Shown: positions 9,101 to 19,720, counted from the first letter of the stretch. The stretch is DNA of 64,000 nucleotides from Flavobacteriales bacterium (GCA_044374295.1 JBILOU010000003.1:7988-71987), one strand, 5' to 3'. Numbers and translations: made by a program. Notes: generated by a model from the sequence alone, not told the origin.

Positions 9101-10093
9101 ATGAAGGTCATAACAGAGAAGCGCATGATAGATTTTACGAAAGCAACTTCTGAAAATTTTAACTCCTTGGCGCTCTCAACTTTCCATAACCAATTGAAGG
9201 AAACACCCGTTTTCGGACAATTTTGTAAAGCTTTAGGTAGAGATTTTCATTCCATAAAACATTGGAAAGAATTTCCGTTTTTACCCATTTCATTCTTCAA
9301 AACACACCGCGTTTGCCAAGATAAACCGGTTGTGCAAACTTTCGAAAGCAGCGGCACAGGCGGGAATCGCAGTCAGCATTTCGTCAACGATCTTTCATTT
9401 TACGAGCAGTCCTTTTTCCCTACATTTCAGGATTACTTGGGAACACCCCTCAAGGATGTTAGTCTATTGGCTTTACTTCCCTCCTATTTGGAGCGAAACA
9501 ATTCTTCGTTGGTTTATATGGCGAATGCCTTGTTACCATTTGCCCACGAAACATCTGGATTTTTCATGAATGATTTCGAAGCATTAAAAAATCAAATTGT
9601 AGCGAACGAAAAGAATGGAGTGAAGACTCTTCTGCTTGGTGTTTCTTTCGCTTTGCTCGACTTTTCAGAACTCTATCCCATGCGATTAAAACATACTTCT
9701 GTAATGGAAACTGGAGGAATGAAGGGAAGAAAGGAAGAACTCACCCGAAGCGAACTTCACGCTGCTTTGAGCGAGGCTTTTCAACTCAAAGAAATACATA
9801 GTGAATACGGCATGACCGAACTTTTTTCTCAAGCTTATTCCAAGGGAAACGGGATATTTGTTTGTCCACCTTGGATGAAAGTGGTGTGTCGCGACATTCA
9901 AGATCCGTTGTCATTACTCCCTGCTGAAAAGCGCGGTGCACTTAACATTATAGACCTTGCCAATCAGAATTCCTGTTCCTTTATTGCCACCGAAGATATT
10001 GGGATAGTTCATGAAAATGGCACCTTCGAAATACTCGGCAGAATGAATCATGCCGAAATTAGAGGATGTAATTTACTTTTTTCTGAATCCTAG
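9101..10093 (+). CDS. LuxE-like acyl-protein synthetase / acyl-adenylate-forming family protein
   Basis: 330 aa. The N-terminal F..LAL..F..Q...PV...F pattern and SSGTGG (P-loop-like) are typical of the stand-alone LuxE/PaaK-like proteins of Bacteroidota. An alternative start is at M9 (9125). Confidence 0.55.
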   Translation: MKVITEKRMIDFTKATSENFNSLALSTFHNQLKETPVFGQFCKALGRDFHSIKHWKEFPFLPISFFKTHRVCQDKPVVQTFESSGTGGNRSQHFVNDLSFYEQSFFPTFQDYLGTPLKDVSLLALLPSYLERNNSSLVYMANALLPFAHETSGFFMNDFEALKNQIVANEKNGVKTLLLGVSFALLDFSELYPMRLKHTSVMETGGMKGRKEELTRSELHAALSEAFQLKEIHSEYGMTELFSQAYSKGNGIFVCPPWMKVVCRDIQDPLSLLPAEKRGALNIIDLANQNSCSFIATEDIGIVHENGTFEILGRMNHAEIRGCNLLFSES

Positions 10094-10193
10094 GCAACCA
10101 TTTAATTTCTCCTTCGTCTTTAATACAGAAGTTCCTAACTTCTTATCCAAATTGAAATGTGTTGGGCAGGACAATTTGGTGATATGATTTCCT

Positions 10194-10240
10194 AAACAAA
10201 ATAAGCAGGGGGTTCCAAAGGGGACCCCTGCTTATTTTAA
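10194..10240. terminator. Bidirectional rho-independent terminator between the LuxE-like gene and tyrS
   Basis: 11-bp stem in which ATAAGCAGGGG (10201-10211) pairs with CCCCTGCTTAT (10225-10235), flanked by an A-run upstream and a T-run downstream. Confidence 0.75.
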
Positions 10241-11514
10241 AGACATTTCAACAAGAAGTAATTTTTCTTTCCGCGTTGAAGAATGACCAATTCACCATGA
10301 ATCAAAAAACTTGCGTCTATCTTCGATTCAAGTGATACTTTCTGCTTGTTCACCGCTATGCTATTCTCTTGTAACGCTCTTCTGGCCTCTCCTTTAGAAG
10401 GAAGGAATCCAGAATTAACAAGAACGTCTACGATATCAGCACCCGCTTCTATTTCGGTCTTACTTACGGTTCCTTGGGGAACACCTTCGAAAATATCTAA
10501 CAACATTTCCTTGGGTAACGAATCGAATGCGCTGTCTTTCGAGAATAGAATTCCAGAAGCTTGAATGGCTTGTGTTGTATCTGCTGCGCTGTGTACGCGT
10601 GTAGTAATATCTTCAGCCAATGCTTTCTGTAACGCGCGCATTCCTGGATCTAACGCATGTGCTGCTTCTAGCGCTTCTATTTCTTCTTTTCCTTTCAAGG
10701 TGAAAATGCGAATGAAGTTCTTTACGTCTTCATCGCTTGCATTCAACCAAAACTGGTAGAATTTATATGGTGAAGTGCGTGCAGCATCCAACCAAACATT
10801 TCCACTTTCCGTTTTACCGAACTTCGTTCCGTCTGCCTTTTTAATAAGCGGAGTAGTCAAGGCAAAAGCGCTTCCTCCGTCTATTCTACGAATCAATTCT
10901 GTTCCTGTAGTTATGTTTCCCCACTGATCTGAACCGCCCATTTGAAGGGTAATCCCGTGGTTCTTCCACAAATAATAAAAATCGTATCCTTGAATAAGTT
11001 GGTAGGTGAATTCAGTAAAACTCATACCCTCTCGGTCTTCACCGCTAATTCGGTTTTTCACCGAATCCTTCGCCATCATGTAATTTACCGTCAAGCGTTT
11101 TCCCACATCGCGAATGAACTCCAAGAACCCCATTTCTTTAAACCAATCGTAATTGTTTACGATTTCCGCAGAACGGTCTCCACAATTGAAATCTAGAAAA
11201 CGCTCCAATTGCTTTTGCTGACATTCTTGGTTGTAGCGAAGTTCTTCTTCACCCAATAAATTTCTTTCGGCCGATTTACCGCTTGGATCGCCTACCATTC
11301 CAGTTGCCCCACCAATAAGGGCTACAGGCTTATGTCCACTTTGTTGAAAATGCAGGAGGGTCATAATCTGAACCATATTCCCCACACCCAATGAGCTTGC
11401 TGTTGGATCAAATCCGATGTATGCCTTGCGCATTTGCGCATTTAAATGTGCCTCTGTTTCCGGGATACTGTTATGTAACATTCCTCTCCATTGCAACTCC
11501 TCTACAAAATTCAT
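10237..11514 (-). CDS. tyrS: Tyrosine--tRNA ligase
   Basis: GFDPTASSL.VGN (HIGH-region equivalent), GGATGMVGDPSGK, KFGKT (KMSKS equivalent) and a C-terminal S4-like domain. Confidence 0.9.
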   Translation of the reverse strand: MNFVEELQWRGMLHNSIPETEAHLNAQMRKAYIGFDPTASSLGVGNMVQIMTLLHFQQSGHKPVALIGGATGMVGDPSGKSAERNLLGEEELRYNQECQQKQLERFLDFNCGDRSAEIVNNYDWFKEMGFLEFIRDVGKRLTVNYMMAKDSVKNRISGEDREGMSFTEFTYQLIQGYDFYYLWKNHGITLQMGGSDQWGNITTGTELIRRIDGGSAFALTTPLIKKADGTKFGKTESGNVWLDAARTSPYKFYQFWLNASDEDVKNFIRIFTLKGKEEIEALEAAHALDPGMRALQKALAEDITTRVHSAADTTQAIQASGILFSKDSAFDSLPKEMLLDIFEGVPQGTVSKTEIEAGADIVDVLVNSGFLPSKGEARRALQENSIAVNKQKVSLESKIDASFLIHGELVILQRGKKNYFLLKCL

Positions 11515-11543
11515 CGTTCTAATTTTTTACGAAAATACAACCA

Positions 11544-12812
11544 TTAAATCACTTCCTTCAATTGTTCCAAGCGCATTCCGCGCGAACCTTTCAACAAAAC
11601 AATTCTTCCCTTCACTTCATTCAATTTCAAATAGGCCAATGCATCTTGAGCATTTATCAATTCCGTTGCTCCAACCGATTGAAATTCCTTCCCAATGAAA
11701 ATACCTTCCAAACCTAACTCCTTTGTTAGATTGAAAATCTTCAGGTGCTCTTCATGGGCATATTCCCCCATTTCAAACATATCTCCGATAATGAAAAACG
11801 TGTTTTCCATTTTCGAAAGATTCAACAATGCCGCCTCCATACTGCTTGGATTCGCGTTGTAGGCATCGAGAATAACTTTGTTTTTCCCTGAATCCCACCA
11901 CTGACTGCGATTGTTTTCCGGGGTATAAGAAGAAATGGCTTTACTCATTAAATCGGAAGAAACTCCAAATTCATGTCCAACCGCAATTGCAGTTGCCATG
12001 TTGTACAAATTATAAGTACCCGCCATTTGTGCATGACAAACGTGTTTCACATCTTCCGAAGGGGTGCTGAATTCGAATGAAAGTGTTGGATGCTCTGCTA
12101 CTATTTCCAAATGAAATCCACCGGAATTGAATCCGTATTTTTTATGTGGAAAACGCTCGGCCATAGCATCTAAATGTGCCAATTCCGTATTGACCAAGCA
12201 CATTCCGTTATGGGTCGAAACATAATCAAAGAGTTCACCCTTTCCTTTTATAATCCCTTCCACCCCACCGAATCCTTCAAGATGAGCCTTCCCGATGTTG
12301 GTAATGACTCCGTAATTCGGCATGGCATATTCGCAGTAAGATGCAATTTCTCTTTGATGATTCGCACCCATTTCGATGATTGCTATTTCGCAATCGGCAG
12401 GAACAGCCAAAAGCGAGAGAGGCACACCAATGTGATTGTTAAGGTTGCCGTGTGTTGCGAAAGTCTTGTACTTCATGCTTAGCACTTCGCGCATAAGTTC
12501 TTTGGTGGTGGTTTTTCCATTGCTTCCCGTAATACCAATAACAGGAAAAGAAAAGGTTTCGCGGTATTGTTTGGCCAGAGCCTGAAGAGCCTTCAAACTA
12601 TCATCAACGCGCACTACCTGTTCAGAATCGAATCCAACCTCTTCGTCAACCACTACGAGAGAAGCACCTGCATCCAATGCCTGCTTAGCAAAATGATTTC
12701 CATTGAAATTGTCTCCCTTCAGAGCGAAGAAAATATCATTGGGATGAACGTTGCGCGTGTCTGTTGTTACACGACGTACTTCGAGATATTTTTGAAATAT
12801 TAATTCAATCAT
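11544..12812 (-). CDS. murF: UDP-N-acetylmuramoyl-tripeptide--D-alanyl-D-alanine ligase
   Basis: TDTR....DIFFALKG.NF.G..F, GITGSNGKTTTKE and DAYNANPSSM motifs. I prefer the ATG at 12812 because the GTG at 12830 lies inside the gldJ terminator hairpin. Confidence 0.85.
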   Translation of the reverse strand: MIELIFQKYLEVRRVTTDTRNVHPNDIFFALKGDNFNGNHFAKQALDAGASLVVVDEEVGFDSEQVVRVDDSLKALQALAKQYRETFSFPVIGITGSNGKTTTKELMREVLSMKYKTFATHGNLNNHIGVPLSLLAVPADCEIAIIEMGANHQREIASYCEYAMPNYGVITNIGKAHLEGFGGVEGIIKGKGELFDYVSTHNGMCLVNTELAHLDAMAERFPHKKYGFNSGGFHLEIVAEHPTLSFEFSTPSEDVKHVCHAQMAGTYNLYNMATAIAVGHEFGVSSDLMSKAISSYTPENNRSQWWDSGKNKVILDAYNANPSSMEAALLNLSKMENTFFIIGDMFEMGEYAHEEHLKIFNLTKELGLEGIFIGKEFQSVGATELINAQDALAYLKLNEVKGRIVLLKGSRGMRLEQLKEVI

Positions 12813-12817
12813 GGTGC

Positions 12818-12849
12818 TAAAATAAAACACCCCGCAGTTGCGGGGTGTT
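12818..12849 (-). terminator. Rho-independent terminator downstream of gldJ
   Basis: AACACCCCGC (12826-12835) pairs with GCGGGGTGTT (12840-12849). On the minus strand the hairpin is followed by TTTATTTT. Confidence 0.65.
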
Positions 12850-12872
12850 GTGTTTTTAAAATTTCAGAAAGA

Positions 12873-14633
12873 TTACTCTCCTCCTTTCGCTCCAATACCC
12901 GATGGTGAACCTACGCGGTCCATAGCGCAACGGAATCCGAGAGAACGACTAGACTTTCTTTCATCCATAAATCTTCTTGTACTTGGAATGTTGTAATACA
13001 CACGATCTTCCCAGCTACCGCCTTTGTATACACGTGATCTGTTGTTGATTAAAGTAGTTTTACCATAATCATACATACGATCTGCACGATTTTCAAAGTC
13101 TGGGTTCAAATATTTCGAACTGCTTTGGAAATCACCATCGTTGTAATCAATGTTATCTGCCTTGCGATAGTTTGTTCTGTTGATGTTTTCTTCCAACGAA
13201 ACGTTTCTCATTTTCTGACGACCTGAGGTGCTTACAATAAAGTTCTCGATGTTATCTACCATAGTGTAGGCGATATCGGCTTCTGAACTGCGAATCAATT
13301 CCATGATTTCATCCATGATAGCCATAGATTCTTCCTCACGACGTTGGTCACGCTTCTCGATAGCTTGATCTATCTTCACTAAGCTTTGATCTAACACTTG
13401 AATATCTTTCTCTCCGTACTTACTACGCGTAATCAAAGAAGAGTCTTTCAAACTTTCCAAATACCTTTTCACTTCATCAACATCGTACAGGTTGTAGGTC
13501 AACTTGTCTGCAACTGTTCCATCGCTGTTCAATGTTTTTGTTTTGTAGACGTTACCTCTGTATGGACGGAATTCAGAACGATCCTCATCTGTAAGCGGAC
13601 GATAAACGTCAGCTACCCATTCAGAAACGTTACCCGCCATGTTGTACAAACCGAAATCGTTTGGTGGGTATTGATAAACCGGTGCAGTGATATCTGCATT
13701 ATCGTTTAAGTATCCAGCAACACCCATCGCATCTCCGGTTCCACGCATGAAGTTTGCACGCATTGTACCGAAATACTCAGTTCCGTTGTCTCCGTTACGA
13801 ACATAGTGACCATTCCAAGGATAGGTTCTACGATCTGTGATTAATTCTTGGTAAGAGTTTCCAATAAGCGCCATTGCAGCGTACTCCCATTCTGCCTCAG
13901 AAGGCAGGCGGTAACGTGGCAAAAGAATTCCGTCTTCCATTCTAACTTTGCGGAAAGGATCTCCTTTAGGATTGTAGTTAGGGAGTCCCTCTCCTAATTG
14001 CTCTCCTTCGTATTGACCATTGAAGTAAGTTTCTGTTGTAAAGTGCTCATCGGCACCTTGAGCTGCCAAATTGTGGGCAATAAAACCTTCACGAACAAGG
14101 ATTTGCTCATTCACACGATCTGTTCTCCAAGAACAGTAGTCATTTGCCTGTAACCAACTAACACCTACTACAGGGTAATCTTGGTAGGCCGGATGACGCA
14201 GGTAAAGCTCTACGTACTTCTCCATATCTTGGTCCTTCTGTCTCCAACAGTTTGTATCTGGTAGAGCACGGCCGATTAATTCTGGGTATGAATCTGCGTA
14301 AACCATCTCCAACCAGTGCAAATAATCTAACCAGTGTTGATTAGTTACCTCTGTCTCATCCATATAGAATGAACTCACGGTTACGGGAGTTTGCAAATGA
14401 TCCCAAGTGTAGTTTACGTCATCTTCAACGCGACCCATTGAAAAGCGGCCGCCTTCAATGAATACTAAACCTGGACCGGTCTCTTGACCAGCATATTCCA
14501 CTCTGTCGAATCCTCCGTTATCAGGATTGTTGTACTCCCAACCCGTAGCAGTGGAACGATTCTCTTCACAAGAGTTAAGGATAACCATACCTGAGAGGGC
14601 GAGTGTTGTTAAGATTAATTTAAAGTTTTTCAT
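12873..14633 (-). CDS. gldJ: Gliding motility lipoprotein GldJ (FGE-sulfatase-like fold)
   Basis: Lipobox ILNSC, then TGWEYNNPDNGGF...GPGLVFIEGG.F.MG and the C-terminal GGSW.D...Y......R....P...S...GFRC block typical of GldJ. Confidence 0.85.
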   Translation of the reverse strand: MKNFKLILTTLALSGMVILNSCEENRSTATGWEYNNPDNGGFDRVEYAGQETGPGLVFIEGGRFSMGRVEDDVNYTWDHLQTPVTVSSFYMDETEVTNQHWLDYLHWLEMVYADSYPELIGRALPDTNCWRQKDQDMEKYVELYLRHPAYQDYPVVGVSWLQANDYCSWRTDRVNEQILVREGFIAHNLAAQGADEHFTTETYFNGQYEGEQLGEGLPNYNPKGDPFRKVRMEDGILLPRYRLPSEAEWEYAAMALIGNSYQELITDRRTYPWNGHYVRNGDNGTEYFGTMRANFMRGTGDAMGVAGYLNDNADITAPVYQYPPNDFGLYNMAGNVSEWVADVYRPLTDEDRSEFRPYRGNVYKTKTLNSDGTVADKLTYNLYDVDEVKRYLESLKDSSLITRSKYGEKDIQVLDQSLVKIDQAIEKRDQRREEESMAIMDEIMELIRSSEADIAYTMVDNIENFIVSTSGRQKMRNVSLEENINRTNYRKADNIDYNDGDFQSSSKYLNPDFENRADRMYDYGKTTLINNRSRVYKGGSWEDRVYYNIPSTRRFMDERKSSRSLGFRCAMDRVGSPSGIGAKGGE

Positions 14634-14675
14634 GATTTCCTATTTTATGAAATAACTGTTGGGTTTCTTGTATAA

Positions 14676-15662
14676 CTAAAAAGAAGGACACGCTATTGTG
14701 CGGAACTTCGGTTTTCTTGGGCGGCAATCGAAATTAATTCCCAAAGACACTTCATGCGATCCGCCGGTAGCCGGAGTCAATGCACTTACAGTAATGTCAT
14801 AACTGTAACCTACACGAATATTATCATTTTGCAAACCTAAGGTAGCAATGAAACTATCGCTGTATCGTTGTCCGAACAACATTCCACGGAACCAAACTCC
14901 TGCAACGATTGGACCTTTGGTTACATACATACCAAGATTCAATTGTTGGAATTCACCTTGACGGCGATAAAGGATATTTGGAGAAAGTGTGCTTGAGTCC
15001 TTGTATTTCTGCTTAATTGGAATAACAGCTCCTGCGTGAACAGTGTACTTCATTGGAAGACGAGAAGTTCCTACAATTAAACTTTCGTTTGGCTCGTTCA
15101 GGTGATGAACAGCGAATCCGCCGTAAAACGTCTGGCTGAAGCCTAACACACCTGCAGAAAAATCGATATTCTTGATATTTCCTCCTCTTGGTATGTCATT
15201 CGTTTCGTAGATAAATCCTTTTCTTGGATCAATCATATCTCCAAAAGTAAGTTTACTCCAATCCAAAGATTTTTGGAAGTATGATGCTTGGAAACCTGCC
15301 TTAATACTGAACTTACGATTAATCGCTTGTTGATAGGAATAAATCCCACTTACAACAGTCGTATTTAGTGTATTTTGCGCGGCGCGGTCATTCATGACCA
15401 TTATGCCTAAACCACCCGAAACGGTTTCAACGTGCTGGTCATAACTGGCACACGTTGTTACGTATGCACCGGTTAATGACGGCCATTGGTTTCTGTAGTT
15501 CATTACAAAACGCGGACACTTAGAAGTCCCTGCAAATGCGGGATTCAGGTAAAGTGGGTTGGAGTAAAACTGTGTGAACTCGGGATCTTGGGCCATAACA
15601 TTTGTTACACCCATTACACAGATCATGAACCCTAAGAATTTTAATTTCATCGCAATCTTCAT
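14676..15662 (-). CDS. PorP/SprF family type IX secretion outer-membrane protein
   Basis: AQDPEFTQFYSNPLYLNPAFAG is the family signature, and the protein ends in an aromatic residue, as beta-barrels typically do. I place the start at MKIAMKLKF (15662); the track ORF starts at 15722. Confidence 0.8.
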   Translation of the reverse strand: MKIAMKLKFLGFMICVMGVTNVMAQDPEFTQFYSNPLYLNPAFAGTSKCPRFVMNYRNQWPSLTGAYVTTCASYDQHVETVSGGLGIMVMNDRAAQNTLNTTVVSGIYSYQQAINRKFSIKAGFQASYFQKSLDWSKLTFGDMIDPRKGFIYETNDIPRGGNIKNIDFSAGVLGFSQTFYGGFAVHHLNEPNESLIVGTSRLPMKYTVHAGAVIPIKQKYKDSSTLSPNILYRRQGEFQQLNLGMYVTKGPIVAGVWFRGMLFGQRYSDSFIATLGLQNDNIRVGYSYDITVSALTPATGGSHEVSLGINFDCRPRKPKFRTIACPSF

Positions 15663-15752
15663 TCGAAAGTTTGTAAAAAATATTCGATTCGAATAGCAAT
15701 TATACAACATTTTTGCTTTCAAATAACATGGGGCCTAAACAATAAATCGGAA

Positions 15753-15760
15753 TATCTTTG
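15753..15760 (+). promoter_or_regulatory. -7 promoter box (TATCTTTG) upstream of porU
   Basis: Exact TAnnTTTG match 39 nt upstream of the porU ATG, in the divergent porP-like/porU region. Confidence 0.35.
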
Positions 15761-15799
15761 GTTATTGGCAGGCCTCAAAGCAAAACCTTAGAAGATTAA

Positions 15800-18700
15800 A
15801 TGCGAACGATTAAGTTACTACTCACCTGTTTATCAGTTATTTGCACTGTAAATATTTCGGCGCAAGTAATACTTGTACCTGAACAAAAAATTAACTGGCT
15901 GGATCTTAAACAAAACAGGACCTCTTTTTCAGTTGTCGAAGAACTGTGTCCATCTCTCATTTTATCTACCCATTCGCCGCTACCTGTGCTTGCCTTTCGA
16001 GCTAACACTTCTTCTAGTGAGCAGTTCATTCAGCCCATTCTAACGCAACTAACAATCTCTGAAATCAGCTCAAGCTATTTCGATAATCATCAACTTCAAA
16101 ATATGGAAGAAGACTTCCGTGTGGAAGTTGAGTCAGTTCAAACGGATAAAAAAAACCAACAAGTGGTTACCGTATTTCCCTTCCGCAAGCGAAATGGAAA
16201 AATCGAACGCCTACTTTCATTTGAAGTGCAGGGCGCAACTTCCTTCAACGAAACAAAAAAGAATAATTACACCTATGCCCCTCACAGTGTTTTAGCAGAT
16301 GGAGATATTTATAAGATTGCCATTGCAAAAGATGGCGTATACAAAATAGACCGCAGTTTTTTGGAATCTCTCGGCATTCCGGTATCCGGATTGGATCCGA
16401 ATACCATAAACATTTATGGCAATGGTGGCGCTCTTCTTTCTGAAAAGAACTTCGTGTACAAAGCAGATGATTTAGTTAAAAACGCCATTCACATTCAAGG
16501 TGAATCGGATGGTGTTTTCAATGCGAATGATTACATTCTTTTTTATGGAAAAGGTTCTGACACGTGGACACTTGCGCAAGACAACGGTATTGGAAGAAAG
16601 CGTTGGTTTCATACTAAGCATTACTATAGCGACTCAGCATACTACTATATAAAAATCAACGACACTGCACCTCTTCGAATTTCAACGGAAAGCAGTGGTT
16701 CAACCGCCAACCGCATCTCGGATTCATTCCAAGATTTTTTGTATGTTGAAACCGACCAATACAGTCCAGCAAAATCGGGAAGAGAATTTTACGGTGACTT
16801 GTATGACGCTGTTCTTTCCGGGACCTACAACTTTAGTTTTCCCAATGTGAAAACCTCTGTTCCCGCAAGCATGGACTTCAGCGCGATAGCGCGGACAATT
16901 GGAGGGAGTTCCGTTTTCACGGCGACAGTTCAAGGAAACGTGAATACCGTTTCCATCGGAAATGTAACCGACTCACCAACTTCTCAGGTTGCGAGAACAG
17001 GAAGAATCAACACATCCTTTATCCCCGCAAATGGAAATTTCAACGTCACAGTAAATTTCAACAAAGGAAATGCAGATGCGAAGGGATGGCTCGACTATAT
17101 CTGCGTGAATGCAACACAGCTATTGAAAATGCAGGGAACACAAATGCGTTTTCGAGACACTCTTTCTGTTGGACTTGGAAATATTACTGAGTTTCAAATT
17201 TCAGAGCAAGCCTTCCCGGTAAATGAAGTTTGGGACATTACAAATTTTACTGCTCCTAAGCGTATGACTTTATCTGGCAGTGGTACCTTAAGCACATGGA
17301 CTACAAACACCGATGAATTGAAAGAATTTGTCGCTTTTGCCTCAAGTTTTTTCACTCCTGTAGCAATTGGTAAAGTTGAAAATCAGGACATACATGGGTG
17401 GCCAAGTGCCGAGTTAATTATCATAAGTTCACCCGTTCTAATGCCAGTGGCTGAAGAAATTGCAGCTATTCACAAAGCTCAAGGACAAACGGTTCAAATA
17501 GCAACACCGCTTCAAATCTTCAATGAATTTTCGAGTGGTAATCCAGATGTCATGGCTTTCCGTCAATTGGTTAAAATGCAATACGACCGTGCCAGTGGTG
17601 GTCCACGAGGCCCAAAGAATTTGCTTATTGTTGGAGACGGAGATTATTCGAGAAACAAAGGCATTGCGAACCACGAAGGAACAAATGTTCTTGTTTTCGA
17701 ATCGAACAACTCCCTTTCTCCGACGAGCAGCTATGTAAGCGACGACTATTTTGTCATGGTATCTCCCCTCGAGGATGGGAACGCAATCGGACTTTTAGAT
17801 TGCGGGGTTGGACGCATTCCAGCAAGTTCATTGGATGAAGCATATGGATATCTCGGAAAAATAAAAGCGTACGTATCTGAGAACACATCGAGCAATGGCG
17901 GAGCTTCATGTTTGGGTGATGTTCAAGATTCACCTTTCGGCAACTGGAGAAACATTATCACGTTTGTGTCAGATGACCAAGATGGCAGCGGCGGGGCGTA
18001 TGAACAAGTTCACTTGAACTCTGCAAACAGTCTAGCTAATATTGTTTCCACAAACCATCCTGAATACGATATTTCAAAGCTTTACATGGATGCTTTTACT
18101 CAAATTTCAACCCCCGGAGGAGAGCGCTACGTAGACTGTGAAAAAGCGATACAACAGCGCATTCAAAGTGGATCTTTACTCATGACATACATTGGTCATG
18201 GAGGTGAAAAGGGCTGGGCACATGAACGTGTTTTGGACATCCCAACAATCGAAAGCTTCACCAACAAATACCGTTTACCTGTATTCTTAACCGCGACATG
18301 CGAATTAGCGCGTTACGATGACCCTGAGTTTAAATCGGCCGGAGAACGCTTGGTCATGAATGCTAATGGCGGTGCTATTGCCATGCTAACGACAACACGC
18401 ATTGTGTTTAGTGGCGAAAACTATGAGATGGATTTGGCATTTTTCGAGCATGCTTTGTACAGTGAAAACGGGAACTTCAAAACTCTCGGCGAACTAAATA
18501 TGTTAACCAAAAACGGGGTATCTATTGGAAACGACAGCAAACCGAATTTCAGTCTACTTGGTGACCCCGCATTGGCAATGGCTTACCCCAAGTTAAACGT
18601 GCAGACAACACACATCAATGGCATTGAATTGGCTTCTTTCACAGACACCTTAAAAGCTCTTGATGAAGCGGAGTTCAGAGGAAAGGTGACAGACAGCAAT

Positions 18701-19681
18701 GGAAATTTTCTTAACAATTTCAATGGGTTTATATATCCAACTGTATTCGACAAAGAGTCGAAAGTGATTACACAGAACAACGATCAGAACGGCGAAGAAG
18801 GGCAGTTTCAAGAATTCTCTTCTTACAATAAAATTATTTACCGAGGAAAAGCAAGTGTGACGAATGGAGAATTTTCGTTCAAGTTCATTGTTCCTTTCGA
18901 TATTAACTATTCCGTTGACAACGCACGTGTGAGCTATTATACTGTATCGGGAAATAATGATGGACATGGTTTTTGTGAAGCGTTTAAAATTGGAAGTTTG
19001 AATCCGAATGCCCAACTAAACACAGTTGGACCAGAGATATCATTGTTCCTGAACGATTCAACATTTGTAAGCGGAGGTTCCACGAATACTACACCGATTA
19101 TTCTGGCTAAACTTAAGGATGAAAATGGAATCAATACGGTTGGAAACGGAGTTGGACACAACCTCACGGCTATTATTGACGGCAACTCTGCCAAACCCAT
19201 TGTTTTGAATGATTTCTATGAGTCTGATTTAGACACTTATACAAGTGGCGAAGTTCGCTATCCCTTAAGCACACTTTCTATAGGTGAACATACTTTAACT
19301 GTAAAGGCCTGGGATGTGTTCAACAACAGCAATGAAGAGACCATTCAATTCCGTGTGGAAGAAGATTCCAAAGTTGCGCTAAGTCACTTGCTGAATTTTC
19401 CGAATCCGTTTACCACGAATACCAGCTTCATCTACGAGCACAATCAAGCCTGCCGGCAGCTCGATGCGCGCGTTCAAATTTTCACTGTAAGTGGAAAATT
19501 GGTGAAGACGATAGAGTCTTCTTTTTACGCTACCGGCTTCCGCGGACAAGACATTCCCTGGGACGGGAAAGATGATTTTGGCAACGCCATTGGAAGAGGA
19601 ACTTATATCTACAAGTTAGAGCTTCGTAACGAAAAAGGACAACGAGCGGAGTCGTTTCAAAAATTGGTAATTTTAAAATAA
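15800..19681 (+). CDS. porU: Type IX secretion system sortase / C-terminal signal peptidase PorU (C25 gingipain-like)
   Basis: 1293 aa with a signal peptide. C25-like His/Cys dyad context (YIGHGGEKGW; FLTATCELARYDDP). Type-A CTD at the C-terminus (LNFPNPFTTNT...IFTVSGKLV...GTYIYKLEL). porV follows immediately. Confidence 0.85.
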   Translation: MRTIKLLLTCLSVICTVNISAQVILVPEQKINWLDLKQNRTSFSVVEELCPSLILSTHSPLPVLAFRANTSSSEQFIQPILTQLTISEISSSYFDNHQLQNMEEDFRVEVESVQTDKKNQQVVTVFPFRKRNGKIERLLSFEVQGATSFNETKKNNYTYAPHSVLADGDIYKIAIAKDGVYKIDRSFLESLGIPVSGLDPNTINIYGNGGALLSEKNFVYKADDLVKNAIHIQGESDGVFNANDYILFYGKGSDTWTLAQDNGIGRKRWFHTKHYYSDSAYYYIKINDTAPLRISTESSGSTANRISDSFQDFLYVETDQYSPAKSGREFYGDLYDAVLSGTYNFSFPNVKTSVPASMDFSAIARTIGGSSVFTATVQGNVNTVSIGNVTDSPTSQVARTGRINTSFIPANGNFNVTVNFNKGNADAKGWLDYICVNATQLLKMQGTQMRFRDTLSVGLGNITEFQISEQAFPVNEVWDITNFTAPKRMTLSGSGTLSTWTTNTDELKEFVAFASSFFTPVAIGKVENQDIHGWPSAELIIISSPVLMPVAEEIAAIHKAQGQTVQIATPLQIFNEFSSGNPDVMAFRQLVKMQYDRASGGPRGPKNLLIVGDGDYSRNKGIANHEGTNVLVFESNNSLSPTSSYVSDDYFVMVSPLEDGNAIGLLDCGVGRIPASSLDEAYGYLGKIKAYVSENTSSNGGASCLGDVQDSPFGNWRNIITFVSDDQDGSGGAYEQVHLNSANSLANIVSTNHPEYDISKLYMDAFTQISTPGGERYVDCEKAIQQRIQSGSLLMTYIGHGGEKGWAHERVLDIPTIESFTNKYRLPVFLTATCELARYDDPEFKSAGERLVMNANGGAIAMLTTTRIVFSGENYEMDLAFFEHALYSENGNFKTLGELNMLTKNGVSIGNDSKPNFSLLGDPALAMAYPKLNVQTTHINGIELASFTDTLKALDEAEFRGKVTDSNGNFLNNFNGFIYPTVFDKESKVITQNNDQNGEEGQFQEFSSYNKIIYRGKASVTNGEFSFKFIVPFDINYSVDNARVSYYTVSGNNDGHGFCEAFKIGSLNPNAQLNTVGPEISLFLNDSTFVSGGSTNTTPIILAKLKDENGINTVGNGVGHNLTAIIDGNSAKPIVLNDFYESDLDTYTSGEVRYPLSTLSIGEHTLTVKAWDVFNNSNEETIQFRVEEDSKVALSHLLNFPNPFTTNTSFIYEHNQACRQLDARVQIFTVSGKLVKTIESSFYATGFRGQDIPWDGKDDFGNAIGRGTYIYKLELRNEKGQRAESFQKLVILK

Positions 19682-19704
19682 TGTGATGAAGGGTATATGT
19701 ATGT

Positions 19705-19712
19705 TAAATTTG
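19705..19712 (+). promoter_or_regulatory. -7 promoter box (TAAATTTG) 8 nt upstream of the porV ATG
   Basis: Exact TAnnTTTG match between the porU stop and the ATG at 19721. Confidence 0.35.
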
Positions 19713-19720
19713 CACCACGC

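Noticed and set aside
18583-19200. Three minus-strand ORFs (65-121 aa) opposite the 3' part of porU.
   Set aside because: They are short and motif-free, and lie within a continuous, well-supported 1293-aa frame.
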